A DNA stretch of 64,000 bases from Candidatus Dormiibacterota bacterium (lineage in GTDB: Bacteria > Chloroflexota > Dormibacteria > CF-121). Shown here piece after piece: positions 9,186-18,449 of this stretch. A program made the position numbers and the translations under genes. Positions within the stretch are counted from its first letter, which is position 1; every line of letters begins with the position of its first letter. The notes below the pieces were generated by a model, which did not search any database, was not told the origin of the DNA, and saw only the letters and a program-made list of their open reading frames with translations. Location: the NCBI GenBank assembly GCA_036513655.1, contig DATBYO010000002.1:12246-76245 (forward strand), read 5' to 3'.

Positions 9186-10211
9186 ATGGCCCGCCCGCTT
9201 CGGGCGACCGAAGGCGTGTCCGCCGAGATCAGTCGAAACCTGGCCCTCGAACTCGTCCGGGTGACCGAGGCGGGAGCCCTGGCCAGCGCTCGCTGGATGG
9301 GCCGCGGGGACAAGAACACGGCCGACGGCGCCGCGGTCGATGCCATGCGGCGCGCCCTTGGCATGATCCCGATGGACGGCGTGGTCGTGATCGGCGAAGG
9401 GGAGAAGGACGAAGCGCCGATGCTCTACATCGGAGAGAAGATCGGCACCGGCGAGCCTCCACAGGTCGATGTCGCTGTCGACCCGATCGATGGCACGACG
9501 CTGCTCTCGAAAGGACTACCGAACGCGATCTCCGTGGTGGCGATGGCGGCCGGGCGCGGGTCGCTGTACGACGCCAAGCACGTCCACTACATGCACAAGA
9601 TCGCCACCGGCGCCGAGGCCGCCGGCTCGCTGAGCATCGATGATCCTGTGGCGGTCAACCTCCAGCGGGTCGCGCGAGCGAAGCGCATGCGGGTCAGCAA
9701 TCTCACAGTGGTCATCCTTGACCGGCCGCGCCACGAGGGGTTGATCAAGGAAGTCAGAGACACCGGCGCTCGGATCAAGCTGATCAGCGACGGGGATGTG
9801 GCGGGCGCCGTCATGACCGCTATCGACGGCACGGGTCTGGACCTTCTGATGGGGATCGGCGGGTCGCCCGAGGCGGTGCTGGCGGCCGCGGCGCTGAAGT
9901 GTCTCGGAGGCGAGATCCAGTGCAAGCTGTACGCGCGCAACCCGGAAGAGAAGGAGAAAGCGGAGGCCGAGGGCGCCGACTTCGCCCAGGTGCTTGGCGT
10001 CGACGACCTGGTCCGCAGCGACGACGTCTTCTTCGCCGCCACCGGGGTGACGGATGGCGAGGTGCTGCAGGGCGTCAAGTACCACATGAACTGGGCCGAG
10101 ACGGAATCGCTCGTCACCCGCAGCCGATCGGGGACCCTCCGCCGGATTTACGCGCGGCACCATTGGGGCTACAAGCAGCGGGAGTGGCTCGGCCAGCCGG
10201 ACGAAGGTTAG
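9186..10211 (+). CDS. glpX: Fructose-1,6-bisphosphatase class II
   Basis: GlpX-family motifs LALELVRVTEAGA, VDPIDGTT and GDVAG over 341 aa. Confidence 0.9.
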   Translation: MARPLRATEGVSAEISRNLALELVRVTEAGALASARWMGRGDKNTADGAAVDAMRRALGMIPMDGVVVIGEGEKDEAPMLYIGEKIGTGEPPQVDVAVDPIDGTTLLSKGLPNAISVVAMAAGRGSLYDAKHVHYMHKIATGAEAAGSLSIDDPVAVNLQRVARAKRMRVSNLTVVILDRPRHEGLIKEVRDTGARIKLISDGDVAGAVMTAIDGTGLDLLMGIGGSPEAVLAAAALKCLGGEIQCKLYARNPEEKEKAEAEGADFAQVLGVDDLVRSDDVFFAATGVTDGEVLQGVKYHMNWAETESLVTRSRSGTLRRIYARHHWGYKQREWLGQPDEG

Positions 10212-10218
10212 TATGGAT

Positions 10219-10256
10219 CTCCCTCCCCCCTTGCGGGGGAGGGTCGGAGTGGGGGC
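10219..10256 (+). repeat. GC-rich palindromic REP-like element, copy A
   Basis: TCTCCCTCCCCCC-TTGC-GGGGGAGGG-TCGGAGTGGGGG in the 45-bp convergent gap between the glpX stop and the CPBP stop. Confidence 0.7.
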
Positions 10257-10859
10257 TCAGTGGCGAAGCCGCCGGCGATAGACCAGGTACGGCCCCAGGC
10301 TGAGAAAGCCGCAGGTGATCGCGGCGTGGACGAGCACCGGGGCGAGTAACGACGGTGGCGACGGCTGCCAGAGATAGATCAGACCCAGGGCCAGGCCCGC
10401 AGCGCTGGCTCCGGCAACCTGGCGCCAGCCCCAGCGGTCGAGGAAGTGGTAGGCACCGAAGATCACGGTCGTCACCAGCACCGCAAGCGCCGGCGCACTC
10501 CACCATTGCGCCAGGCTGCCCTGCAGGAATCCGCGGAAGAACCACTCTTCGATCGGGGCGTTGAGCACCAGGTAATAGGCGCTCTGCACCAGCAGGTCGG
10601 GCTCGGTCGGAACAAACCAGCGGCCGCTCCGGCGCGACAGATAAATGTTGAACGCCGCGGCGATCGCAAACCCGGCCACCCCGGCAGGGACCGCCACGAG
10701 GAGGTCGCGAAGCGGATGGGTGATCACCAGCCCGAGGCTGCGCAGCGGCGTCCCTGACAGCCAGCTGAAGACGAACGGGACCAGGGTGAGGGGGACCAAC
10801 CGAAGGGGCAGGTCGAGGCGCATCCACGACCAGCTGCTCGCGACGGTCGTGCGTGTCAC
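10257..10859 (-). CDS. CPBP family intramembrane glutamic endopeptidase (CAAX protease/Abi)
   Basis: Motifs EEWFFRGFL (EExxxR), FGAYH (FxxxH) and HAAIT. Confidence 0.8.
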   Translation of the reverse strand: MTRTTVASSWSWMRLDLPLRLVPLTLVPFVFSWLSGTPLRSLGLVITHPLRDLLVAVPAGVAGFAIAAAFNIYLSRRSGRWFVPTEPDLLVQSAYYLVLNAPIEEWFFRGFLQGSLAQWWSAPALAVLVTTVIFGAYHFLDRWGWRQVAGASAAGLALGLIYLWQPSPPSLLAPVLVHAAITCGFLSLGPYLVYRRRLRH

Positions 10860-10879
10860 CTTCGGGGAAGGTCGTGCCG

Positions 10880-10917
10880 AATCCCCCTCCCCGTCTGGGG
10901 GAGGGTCGGGGTGGGGG
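10880..10917 (+). repeat. GC-rich palindromic REP-like element, copy B
   Basis: ATCCCCCTCCCC-GTCT-GGGGGAGGG-TCGGGGTGGGGG-TTAG, with the TTAG tail abutting the stop of the minus-strand Dabb gene. Confidence 0.7.
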
Positions 10918-11223
10918 TTAGTCCGAGTGATCGATGACGTACTGGATCGCTTCGCGCTGTGCCAGGATCGGCCGGATCAGATCCTGGATCACAGCCCGGT
11001 GATCGGGATGGTTTGCGTAGGTGGTCAGCCCTTCCTCGTCGCTGAAATCCGCGACCAGGGCGAAGTCGGCATTTCCGTCCTGGACGCCGAGGTCGCGGCC
11101 GAACCGATACGACTGGATGCACGGAATTTTTGCCGGCAGTTCATGTAGCGCGGCCTCGATCTTGGAGATGTCCTCGGCGGTGGCTTCCGGTTTCCAGCGG
11201 AAAAGGGCGACGTGGCGCAGCAC
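10918..11223 (-). CDS. Dabb-family stress-responsive A/B-barrel protein
   Basis: 101 aa with HVALFRWKPEATAEDI...ADFSDEEGLTTYANHPDHRAV. Confidence 0.75.
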   Translation of the reverse strand: MLRHVALFRWKPEATAEDISKIEAALHELPAKIPCIQSYRFGRDLGVQDGNADFALVADFSDEEGLTTYANHPDHRAVIQDLIRPILAQREAIQYVIDHSD

Positions 11224-11543
11224 CGGCGGCTAGGAGCGGATGGAGATCCCGGGCATCGTCGCCCGCTCGATCTCGGTTGGCGCCGACTCATCCATGGGCT
11301 GCATCCGGCGCGTGCTCGCGGCGAGGAACAGGAAACGCACCAGCGTGCGGCCGAGGCTCATGCGCATTCGAGCTTACCCGATCGCCTGCTGCTCGGCGGG
11401 TCTCCGCCCGCTCATGGTCGAGGCCGTGGATCCGCGAACGGTCGAGTCACGGGCAGCCCGATGGAAATCGTGCTGATGCCAATCGGAGGGCAAAAGGCCC
11501 CCAGGGAAACTCCGAGCATCGTGCGCCACTTTTGCGACACGAG

Positions 11544-12011
11544 TCAGGTGCCGCCGTCCGGACGTGTGCGGATTTCGCGGCCCAGCGGCTCGAGGGCCTC
11601 GGCGACGGCCGCCAGTTGGGCGGCTGACAGACGCTTGCCAAAATGCTCGCGGACCCCCTGGAGGTGGACCGGCCGGGCACGGCGGAGGCGGCTGGCGCCC
11701 GCCGGGGTCAGGATCGCGAACGTGCCCCGCCGGTCACCGGCACAGCTTCCTCGCTTGACCAGACCAGCCCGGGCCAGGCGGTCGACGAGCCGGGTGAGAC
11801 CGCTGCGGCTGAGGCGAACGCGTTCCGACAGCTCCGTCATTCGCAATCGGGTCCCCGGAGCCATCTTGAGCTGGACCAGGACGTCGAACTCCGCCAGCGT
11901 CATGTCGTCGCTTTTGAGGAGCTCCGTTTCCAGTTGGCGAAGCAGGGCGGCCTGGGCATCGAGAAAGGCGCGCCAGGCGCGCTCTTCGGCGGGTTTGAGC
12001 TCAGTGGCCAT
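11544..12011 (-). CDS. MarR family transcriptional regulator
   Basis: Winged HTH LTLAEFDVLVQL...SRSGLTRLVDRLARAGLV. It is divergent from yceI. Confidence 0.85.
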   Translation of the reverse strand: MATELKPAEERAWRAFLDAQAALLRQLETELLKSDDMTLAEFDVLVQLKMAPGTRLRMTELSERVRLSRSGLTRLVDRLARAGLVKRGSCAGDRRGTFAILTPAGASRLRRARPVHLQGVREHFGKRLSAAQLAAVAEALEPLGREIRTRPDGGT

Positions 12012-12096
12012 GTGGAATAGATTGTCTCACCGAATTGTTTGCAGTAGCGACTGTTGCATATACAACAATTTTGAGAGACCGGGAGGACAAAGCCAG

Positions 12097-12675
12097 ATGA
12101 AGTGGGCAATTGACGCGTATCACAGCAGTGTCACGTTTACGATCCGCCACATGATGTCGAAAGTGCGGGGTCAGATGAAGGTCAAGGAGGGCTGGATCGA
12201 GGTCGACGACGACAAGCTGAGCACGGCCAAGGTGGACGTTGTCCTGGATGCGGCGAGCATCGACACCGGAGTGGAGATGCGCGATAACCATCTGCGTAGC
12301 GCCGACGGTCACTTTGACGTCGCCAACTACCCGACCATCACCTTCAAGAGCACGCGAGTCGAGGGCAAGGATCCCTCCAACTTCAAGCTGATCGGCGACG
12401 TGACGATTCATGGCATCACCAAGGAAGTCGCGCTCGACGCGAGCTTCAACGGCGAGGGCAAGGACCCGTGGGGAAATCGTCGAGTTAGCTTCGATGCTGC
12501 GACCAGGCTAAACCGTAAGGACTACGACTTGACATGGAACCAGGCACTAGAGGCCGGCGGCTTCATCCTCGGTGATGAGGTCAAGCTCGAGATCGGCGTT
12601 GAGGCGATCCCGGCAGCGACGCCCGCCGAAGCCCAGAAGGAAATCGAAGCCGAAGCAGCGCTCGAGTCCCGCTAA
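12097..12675 (+). CDS. YceI family periplasmic/polyisoprenoid-binding protein
   Basis: ATG at 12097 with a GGGAGG SD. YceI motifs WAIDAYHSSVTF and GITKEV. The upstream 295 aa of the track ORF is spurious. Confidence 0.85.
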   Translation: MKWAIDAYHSSVTFTIRHMMSKVRGQMKVKEGWIEVDDDKLSTAKVDVVLDAASIDTGVEMRDNHLRSADGHFDVANYPTITFKSTRVEGKDPSNFKLIGDVTIHGITKEVALDASFNGEGKDPWGNRRVSFDAATRLNRKDYDLTWNQALEAGGFILGDEVKLEIGVEAIPAATPAEAQKEIEAEAALESR

Positions 12676-12691
12676 CCAACCCATTTCATTC

Positions 12692-12727
12692 AGCAGCCCG
12701 CCAGCGTTCTGGCGGGCTGCTTTTATT
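12692..12727 (+). terminator. Rho-independent terminator after yceI
   Basis: AGCAGCCCGCCAG-CGTT-CTGGCGGGCTGC followed by TTTTATT. Confidence 0.8.
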
Positions 12728-12766
12728 GCCCCAGGTGCGTCTTGATCGAGTCGATACAGTAAGCGG

Positions 12767-14161
12767 GTGATCGATGACGCGTGGGCCTTCAAACCAGCGC
12801 TGGCGCAGGCGCAGGCGATCGCACAAAAAGCCGTCAAGCCGGCTGAGCTGGTGGCGCTCTACTACGAGCGCATTGCGCGAATCGACCCGGAACTCAATGC
12901 CTACGTGCTGCTGACCCGCGAACTCGCCGAAAGCCAGGCAGCCGCCGCCGAAAAGCGAGTTATGCGCGGCGAGCGGCTCGGCCTGTTGGACGGAGTTCCA
13001 ATATCCATCAAGGAAACCGCCGCGCTCGCCGGCTATCGCAACAGTCTTGGCTCGCGAGTCTTCGAGAAATCCATTGCCCAGGTCGACGGCTTTGCCATCG
13101 GCCGGTTGAAGGACGAAGGCGCCGCGATCCTGGGCAAAACGAACGCGCCGGAGTTCGGCACCCGGCCGGTGACCGAAGGCCCGATGTTTCCGCCAGCCCG
13201 GAATCCCGTCGACAAGACCCGGACCGCCGGCGGCTCCAGCGGCGGGGCCGCCGCCGCCGTGGCTGCTGGTCTGTGTGCGCTCGGCCATGGCGGAGACGGT
13301 GGCGGCTCGATTCGAATCCCCGCTTCCTGTTGTGGCATCGTCGGGCTGAAACCATCGCGCGGCCGGATCTCAAGCGGCCCGGTGTTCGGTGAGGATTGGG
13401 CCGGGCTGTCCACGAGCGGCGTCGTCGCGCGGACGGTCGCTGACGCGGCCCTGGGTCTCGACGCGATGGCCGGCCATCTGCCGGGCGACCCCTACTGGGC
13501 GGAAACCTCGGAACCGTTTCTGCCCGCCGCTCAACGTCAGCCGACCAGGCTGCGCGTCGGCTGGACGATTGACGCGCCAGCCGCCGTTGACCCCGAGGTT
13601 GCGGCCGCCGTCGAGTCGGTCGCCGCCGAGCTTGCGCGCCTCGGCCATCGGGTCAGCCGAGTCCAGCCGGACCTCGGTCAGTTTCGCCCGCTGATCCAGA
13701 TCCTCGCGGTCACCGCCGTGGGCGCTTTACCGATCAGCAACCCGGAGAAGCTCGATCCCCTCAACCGTCGGATGCTGGAGGCGGCGCCGATGTCGACCGC
13801 CGTCGATTACCTGAATGCGCTGACCGAGTTGCACCAGCAGGCCCGACGGCTGATCGCGACATGGGATCAGATCGACGTGCTGCTCACCCCGACGCTGACC
13901 TATCCCGCCCCAAAGATCGGTGCGCTGGGCCAGGACGTCAACACCGCATCGGGCGAGTTTCTCGACTGGTTGAGTTTTACGCATCCCTTCAACTGCACCG
14001 GGCAGCCGGCGATCAGCCTTCCGCTGGCGACGTCGAAAGCCGGGCTCCCGATCGGCGTGCAATTGGTCGGGCGGCCGCGCGACGAATACAGCATCCTTTC
14101 GCTGGGCGCGCAGCTCGAGGCGGTGGTGCGACCGCCGGCGACTGTCGCAGCCGGCGCCTGA
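12767..14161 (+). CDS. Amidase (amidase-signature family)
   Basis: AS signature GGSSGGAAAAVAAGLCALGHGGDGGGSIRIPASCCGIVGLKPSRG. Confidence 0.85.
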   Translation: MIDDAWAFKPALAQAQAIAQKAVKPAELVALYYERIARIDPELNAYVLLTRELAESQAAAAEKRVMRGERLGLLDGVPISIKETAALAGYRNSLGSRVFEKSIAQVDGFAIGRLKDEGAAILGKTNAPEFGTRPVTEGPMFPPARNPVDKTRTAGGSSGGAAAAVAAGLCALGHGGDGGGSIRIPASCCGIVGLKPSRGRISSGPVFGEDWAGLSTSGVVARTVADAALGLDAMAGHLPGDPYWAETSEPFLPAAQRQPTRLRVGWTIDAPAAVDPEVAAAVESVAAELARLGHRVSRVQPDLGQFRPLIQILAVTAVGALPISNPEKLDPLNRRMLEAAPMSTAVDYLNALTELHQQARRLIATWDQIDVLLTPTLTYPAPKIGALGQDVNTASGEFLDWLSFTHPFNCTGQPAISLPLATSKAGLPIGVQLVGRPRDEYSILSLGAQLEAVVRPPATVAAGA

Positions 14162-14170
14162 GGCCCCACG

Positions 14171-15061
14171 ATGGCAACCGACTGGCTGCTGCTCGATGGG
14201 TCCAGCCTGATGTTCCGTGCATTCTTCGGCATCCCCGTCACCGCGTTCAAGGCGCCGGACGGCCAGCCGGTCAACGCCGTGCGCGGCTTCCTCGACATGC
14301 TGGCCCGGCTCATCACGGACCGTAAGCCAAAGGCGCTGGTCGTGGCGACCGATGAAGATTGGCGACCGGCGTTTCGCGTGGACGTGATCGCAAGTTACAA
14401 GACCGCGCGCCTCGAGCGCGGTGCGATGCCCCCCGAGCTCGAGCCACAGGAGCCGATTATCCACGCGGTTCTGCGCGCAATCGGCGTCGAGGTGATGGGT
14501 GCGAAGGGCTTCGAGGCCGAAGACGTGATCGCCTCGTTGCTGCCGAAGATCACGGGAAAGGTCGAGATCGTCACCGGTGACCGCGATCTTTTTTCACTGG
14601 TGCGCGATCCGGATGTGACCGTGCTCTATACGCAGCGTGGAATCGGCAACCTCCTGGTCGTCGATGAGGCGGAGGTCGAGCGTCGATACGGCATCCCGGG
14701 CCGTGCATACAGCGATTACGCGGTGCTGCGCGGCGACCCGTCAGACGGGCTTCCGGGTGTGCCCGGGGTGGGGGAGAAGACGGCCGCCCAGCTGGTGCGT
14801 CGATTCAAGGATCTGGACGGGATCATCGCCAGCGGCAAGCTCGGCGACTCGGCGAACGCGTACATCCAGCGAGCGCGTCGGGTCGGCGTCCCAGTGAGCA
14901 TCGCGCCCCTGCCAAAACCGCAGGGGACGCGGCCGGCCACACCTCGGGATCCTCAGGTGCTAGCAAAACTCGCGGAGACGTACGGCATTGGCGCCTCGAT
15001 CGACCGTCTGGTCCGGGCCCTCGCGGGACCGCCGGCCGCCGTCCGCGCGCGGTCGAAGTAA
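14171..15061 (+). CDS. Stand-alone 5'-3' exonuclease (FEN/Pol I N-terminal domain family)
   Basis: DGSSLMFRAFF, H3TH (GIPGVGEKTAAQLV) and acidic PIN residues. Confidence 0.8.
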   Translation: MATDWLLLDGSSLMFRAFFGIPVTAFKAPDGQPVNAVRGFLDMLARLITDRKPKALVVATDEDWRPAFRVDVIASYKTARLERGAMPPELEPQEPIIHAVLRAIGVEVMGAKGFEAEDVIASLLPKITGKVEIVTGDRDLFSLVRDPDVTVLYTQRGIGNLLVVDEAEVERRYGIPGRAYSDYAVLRGDPSDGLPGVPGVGEKTAAQLVRRFKDLDGIIASGKLGDSANAYIQRARRVGVPVSIAPLPKPQGTRPATPRDPQVLAKLAETYGIGASIDRLVRALAGPPAAVRARSK

Positions 15062-15475
15062 GTGCGCGGGACGGACCGGGATGCCCGCCGCGGTCCGCTC
15101 GCGTTTCTGACCGATCCAATCGCGCTGCAGCGCCTCGAGGGTGGCGTGCTGCTGGTGCTTTCCCTGCTGCTCTACTCGAGAGCCGGCACCTCGTGGTGGC
15201 TGTACCTGCTCCTGATCCTCGCGCCCGACCTCTTTATGCTCGGTTACCTGCGAGGCCCACAGGCTGGGGCCGCTCTCTACAATCTCGGTCACACCTGGCT
15301 GCTCCCGGGGATCCTGGCGGTGGCCGGATTGATTGGCAGCAGCAGCCTGATCGCGTCGCTCGCCATCATCTGGTTCGGTCACATCGGCGCCGACCGCCTG
15401 CTTGGTTACGGGCTCAAGCTGCCGGCGTCATTCCAGACGACCCACCTCGGGGCGATCGGCAAAAAGAGGCCGTAG
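15062..15475 (+). CDS. DUF4260 family membrane protein
   Basis: WWLYLLLILAPDLFMLGYL...ALYNLGHTWLLP matches DUF4260. Confidence 0.65.
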   Translation: MRGTDRDARRGPLAFLTDPIALQRLEGGVLLVLSLLLYSRAGTSWWLYLLLILAPDLFMLGYLRGPQAGAALYNLGHTWLLPGILAVAGLIGSSSLIASLAIIWFGHIGADRLLGYGLKLPASFQTTHLGAIGKKRP

Positions 15476-15623
15476 AAGGGACCACAGCGCGGGGAAAGCG
15501 GGAGGCCTCCTTCTACGGCGATGCCGTGGACGTCGTGACTGTCATAACGTGTGAACCGTTCGAGACGTTACGAGCCGTTTGGCCCATCCAGACCGTGCCG
15601 GGAGGGTCGTATAGTGGCCGCTG

Positions 15624-15893
15624 ATGCTCGACCCGAAACACCGCGTCGCGATCGAGTTCTGCGTTCCCTGAAACTACCTGGAGCAGGCCGTCGGTCTGGC
15701 GGCTGAGATCCTCGGAGCTTGGGCGCCCATCATGGTCGACGTCTGCCTGCGTTCGGGAAGCAAGGGACGCTTCGAAGTGACGCTCGACGACCGGCTGATC
15801 TTCAGCAAGGTCAAGCTCCACCGCTTCCCCAAGCCGGGTGAGATCCTCAAGCTGGCCGAGCCGGCACTCGGACCGCCGCTCGACTGGCGCTAG
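15624..15893 (+). CDS. SelW/Rdx-family selenoprotein (89 aa) with in-frame TGA (Sec) in a CxxU redox motif
   Basis: Absent from the ORF track because of the in-frame TGA at 15669-15671. Translation MLDPKHRVAIEFCVP-U-NYLEQAVGLAAEILGAWAPIMVDVCLRSGSKGRFEVTLDDRLIFSKVKLHRFPKPGEILKLAEPALGPPLDWR aligns along its full length with the Rdx/SelW family (CxxU, GxxGxFEV, LIFSK...RFP). ATG at 15624 follows an in-frame TAG. TAG stop at 15891-15893. Confidence 0.75.
15687..15703 (+). promoter_or_regulatory. Candidate bacterial SECIS hairpin 16 nt downstream of the UGA
   Basis: GCCGUC-GGUCU-GGCGGC: a 6-bp stem including one G-U pair, with the apical loop containing GGUC as in E. coli fdhF-type SECIS elements. 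Confidence 0.5.
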
Positions 15894-15937
15894 CGCACAA
15901 TTCACTGGTTCGCCGTCCACTTCCGTACCTGCTCGCC

Positions 15938-17089
15938 TTGTTGCTGGCGGCCGCGGCCTTCCAGTATTTCCGCCCGCTGCCGGTGACCGCCGCGAGCTTC
16001 ATCCTCCCGGCCACGGAGCGTCTCGGAACGGCGCCCACTTTACCCTGGCCGGCACAGGGCGAGGCCGCGCTATTCGTCGACGGGGTGGGCGAGGTGGGAA
16101 ACTCCGGCGGGCAGTCGCCCGTACCCATGGCCAGCACCGCCAAGTTGATGACCGCGTTACTCGTGCTCGAAGACCATCCCCTGGCGCTGAACGAACCGGG
16201 TCCGACCATCACTGTCACCCGGGCCGATGTCAGTACATACGTGACCGAACGAAACCAGAACGAATCGGTCGTTCCGGTGGTGGCCGGCGAGGAGCTCAAC
16301 GAGTTCCAGATGTTGCAGGGAGTGCTGCTGCCGTCGGCCAGTAACTTCGCGGCCATGCTGGCGAACTGGGACCTCGGCGGCGTCCCCGCCTTCGTCGAGC
16401 GCATGAATGCGAGGGCGGCGGCGCTGGGCATGAGCGCGACTCACTACGCCGATGTCAGCGGCTTCTCTCCGCAGAGCCTCAGCGTCCCGGCCGACCTGAT
16501 CAAGCTGGCCCAGACGGCGATGCGGCTGCCCGTGTTTGCCCAGATCGTCGCGCAGCCGCAGGCCACGCTGCCGGTCGCGGGTGTCGTTCGCAACCTCGAC
16601 ACTCTTCTCGGTCAGGGCGGCGTGGTCGGGATCAAGACGGGGCATACGGACCAGGCCGGCGGCTGCTTCGTGGTGGCGGCCGACCTGACCATCGATGGCG
16701 TAGGGACGCGCGTGTATGGCGCGGTGCTGGGCCAGCCCAATGCCCTGGCGGGCGCCTTCAAAGCAGCCAGCACACTGTTACAGGGGCTGGCCCCGGCCCT
16801 GCACCTCCGTCCAGTCGTGCGCCGCGACGACGTGGTCGCCCGATATCGCACGGCGTGGGATGAGGCCGGGGCGATCGTAGCCAGTCAGTCCGTCGCCTGG
16901 GTGCTGCCGGATGGGACGGCCGTCTCGCGCCGGGTGAAGCTGGACGACCTGCCGGCGATGGTGCCGGCCGGCACGCGGGTCGGGACGCTGTTCATCGAAG
17001 CCGGCTCCCACCAGGCCGAGGTTCCCCTGGTCATGGCCGCCGCGATCAACGGGCCGGACATCGGCTGGCGTCTGACGCACGGCTTCTAG
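15938..17089 (+). CDS. D-alanyl-D-alanine carboxypeptidase (S11 family penicillin-binding protein)
   Basis: SxxK (STAK), SxN (SASN) and KTG (KTGHT) motifs. TTG start in the track; the true start is uncertain. Confidence 0.8.
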   Translation: MLLAAAAFQYFRPLPVTAASFILPATERLGTAPTLPWPAQGEAALFVDGVGEVGNSGGQSPVPMASTAKLMTALLVLEDHPLALNEPGPTITVTRADVSTYVTERNQNESVVPVVAGEELNEFQMLQGVLLPSASNFAAMLANWDLGGVPAFVERMNARAAALGMSATHYADVSGFSPQSLSVPADLIKLAQTAMRLPVFAQIVAQPQATLPVAGVVRNLDTLLGQGGVVGIKTGHTDQAGGCFVVAADLTIDGVGTRVYGAVLGQPNALAGAFKAASTLLQGLAPALHLRPVVRRDDVVARYRTAWDEAGAIVASQSVAWVLPDGTAVSRRVKLDDLPAMVPAGTRVGTLFIEAGSHQAEVPLVMAAAINGPDIGWRLTHGF

Positions 17090-17096
17090 TGCTGCA

Positions 17097-17131
17097 CCTC
17101 CTCCCCGTCCGGGGGAGGGCAGGGTGGGGGT
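17097..17131 (+). repeat. GC-rich palindromic REP-like element, copy C
   Basis: CCTCCTCCCC-GTCC-GGGGGAGGG-CAGGGTGGGGG-TTAG between convergent gene ends. TTAG again supplies the stop of the minus-strand gene. Confidence 0.7.
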
Positions 17132-18231
17132 TAGCCTCCTCCCCAGGTGGACGGCTTGATGTCGATGCCGTCCGGGACGAAGAGGAGGCCAGCGCTGCGC
17201 CCGCTCCGGCCGGTGACGCCGTACTGCCAGACAATCGCGTTCGTCTTCGGGTCGACGATGATCACGCGATTCCGAAAGTCGTCATTGAGCGCGATCAGGC
17301 CATTGCTCAGCTCGATCGCGAGTGAGGGATGATCCAGCATGGCCGTGCCGGATCGGGGCGCATAGCGCCAGACGGCCCGTCCTTGTTTGGTCATGATCAG
17401 GATCTGCCCAGGCCGGGCGTAGTCGACCAGCAGGATGTTCCCGTCCGGGAGCATCTGCGCATCGGAGGGATAGCTGATGCCAGGCGCTCGCGTTGTCCAG
17501 TAGAGGGCGCCGTCCCAGCCGACTTCGCTCACCCACGCGCCCAGGATCTCGGTGATCAGGACATGGCCGTTCTCCAGCGGCGTGTCGCCGTTCGGCAAGC
17601 CGAAGCTCCTTGGCGGATTGTGGGCACAGTAGCCGGTGCGACCCAGCTGGCTCTTGACCGTTTTCGCGTCGTGGTTGACGAGGAGCACGCGGCAGTTGCG
17701 AATGTCCGCCACCCCGATGCTGCCGTCGGGCCACATGTAGGCATCGTCCGGACCGTTGAGATATCCCCGCGCGGATCCGCGATGTTCCGAAACGCCGTAC
17801 TGCCAGACGATCCGATGACTGGCATAGTCGACGAGCACGATGGCATGGGCTTCCTCCTCGTTGACGACGATCGATTTCCCATCCGGGGCATAGAAGGCGT
17901 CGTCGGGCCAGCGGAAGTGCTGGCCTGGCTGGAGGTCACCGGGCCGCGGAAACTCCCAGACGATCTGTCGGTCGGGGGTCACTTCGATCACCCGGTTGTT
18001 CGCGCGGTCGGCGATCAGGAGGTTGCCAGGCAGCACACCCGGGGCCGCGGTTGGTGGTGGCGCCTGTACCGTCAGCGGCGACGGTGAGGGCGGCGGAAGC
18101 TCCTCACCCTGTTGGGCCAGCTTCGCGCTTGATGACGAAGGCGTGGGCTGATTCGCGCAGGCGGTCAGCGCCAGAACCAGAAGGAAATGAAGCGGCAAAA
18201 CAGAAACCTGTTGCCTAAGGGATGCCGCCAC
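17131..18231 (-). CDS. Lipoprotein with beta-propeller-type repeats (NHL/YVTN-like)
   Basis: Signal peptide plus lipobox LALTAC. Repeated IVWQYG / DG...LLVDY motifs over 366 aa. Confidence 0.6.
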   Translation of the reverse strand: MAASLRQQVSVLPLHFLLVLALTACANQPTPSSSSAKLAQQGEELPPPSPSPLTVQAPPPTAAPGVLPGNLLIADRANNRVIEVTPDRQIVWEFPRPGDLQPGQHFRWPDDAFYAPDGKSIVVNEEEAHAIVLVDYASHRIVWQYGVSEHRGSARGYLNGPDDAYMWPDGSIGVADIRNCRVLLVNHDAKTVKSQLGRTGYCAHNPPRSFGLPNGDTPLENGHVLITEILGAWVSEVGWDGALYWTTRAPGISYPSDAQMLPDGNILLVDYARPGQILIMTKQGRAVWRYAPRSGTAMLDHPSLAIELSNGLIALNDDFRNRVIIVDPKTNAIVWQYGVTGRSGRSAGLLFVPDGIDIKPSTWGGG

Positions 18232-18317
18232 GTTGCCCGGAAGTATAGGTGAGGAAGTTGAATAGCGGCTGACCTGGAGAGCGGCCTTCAGTGCTAGTCT
18301 GAAATGAGGGCTGGACC

Positions 18318-18449
18318 ATGGGATTCACGAGCAAACCAGTCAGGGTCATCGAAGTGCCGGAACCGATGTCGGAGCCGCTGCTGGCGCCCGAGAGCGAGCC
18401 GCAGCGGACCGAGAGAGAAGAAGAGGTTCCGGTCACTACTCCGGCATGA
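18318..18449 (+). CDS. Small acidic Pro/Glu-rich peptide (43 aa), translationally coupled to the downstream gene
   Basis: ATG at 18318 with a GAGGG SD 7 nt upstream. Encodes MGFTSKPVRVIEVPEPMSEPLLAPESEPQRTEREEEVPVTTPA. Its stop overlaps the next start (ATGA). Confidence 0.45.
   Translation: MGFTSKPVRVIEVPEPMSEPLLAPESEPQRTEREEEVPVTTPA

Noticed and set aside
10219-10256. REP-like hairpins considered as intrinsic terminators
   Set aside because: No U-tract follows on either strand, and one locus is between divergent promoters. The real terminators at 6642-6661 and 12692-12727 look different.
11224-11543. 44-aa minus-strand and 78-aa plus-strand ORFs in the Dabb/marR intergenic region
   Set aside because: No SD, no conservation signal, and they are mutually exclusive frames. 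Likely non-coding promoter/terminator space.
11212-12675. 487-aa plus-strand ORF
   Set aside because: Only the last 192 aa (YceI) are genuine; the upstream part is antisense to marR.
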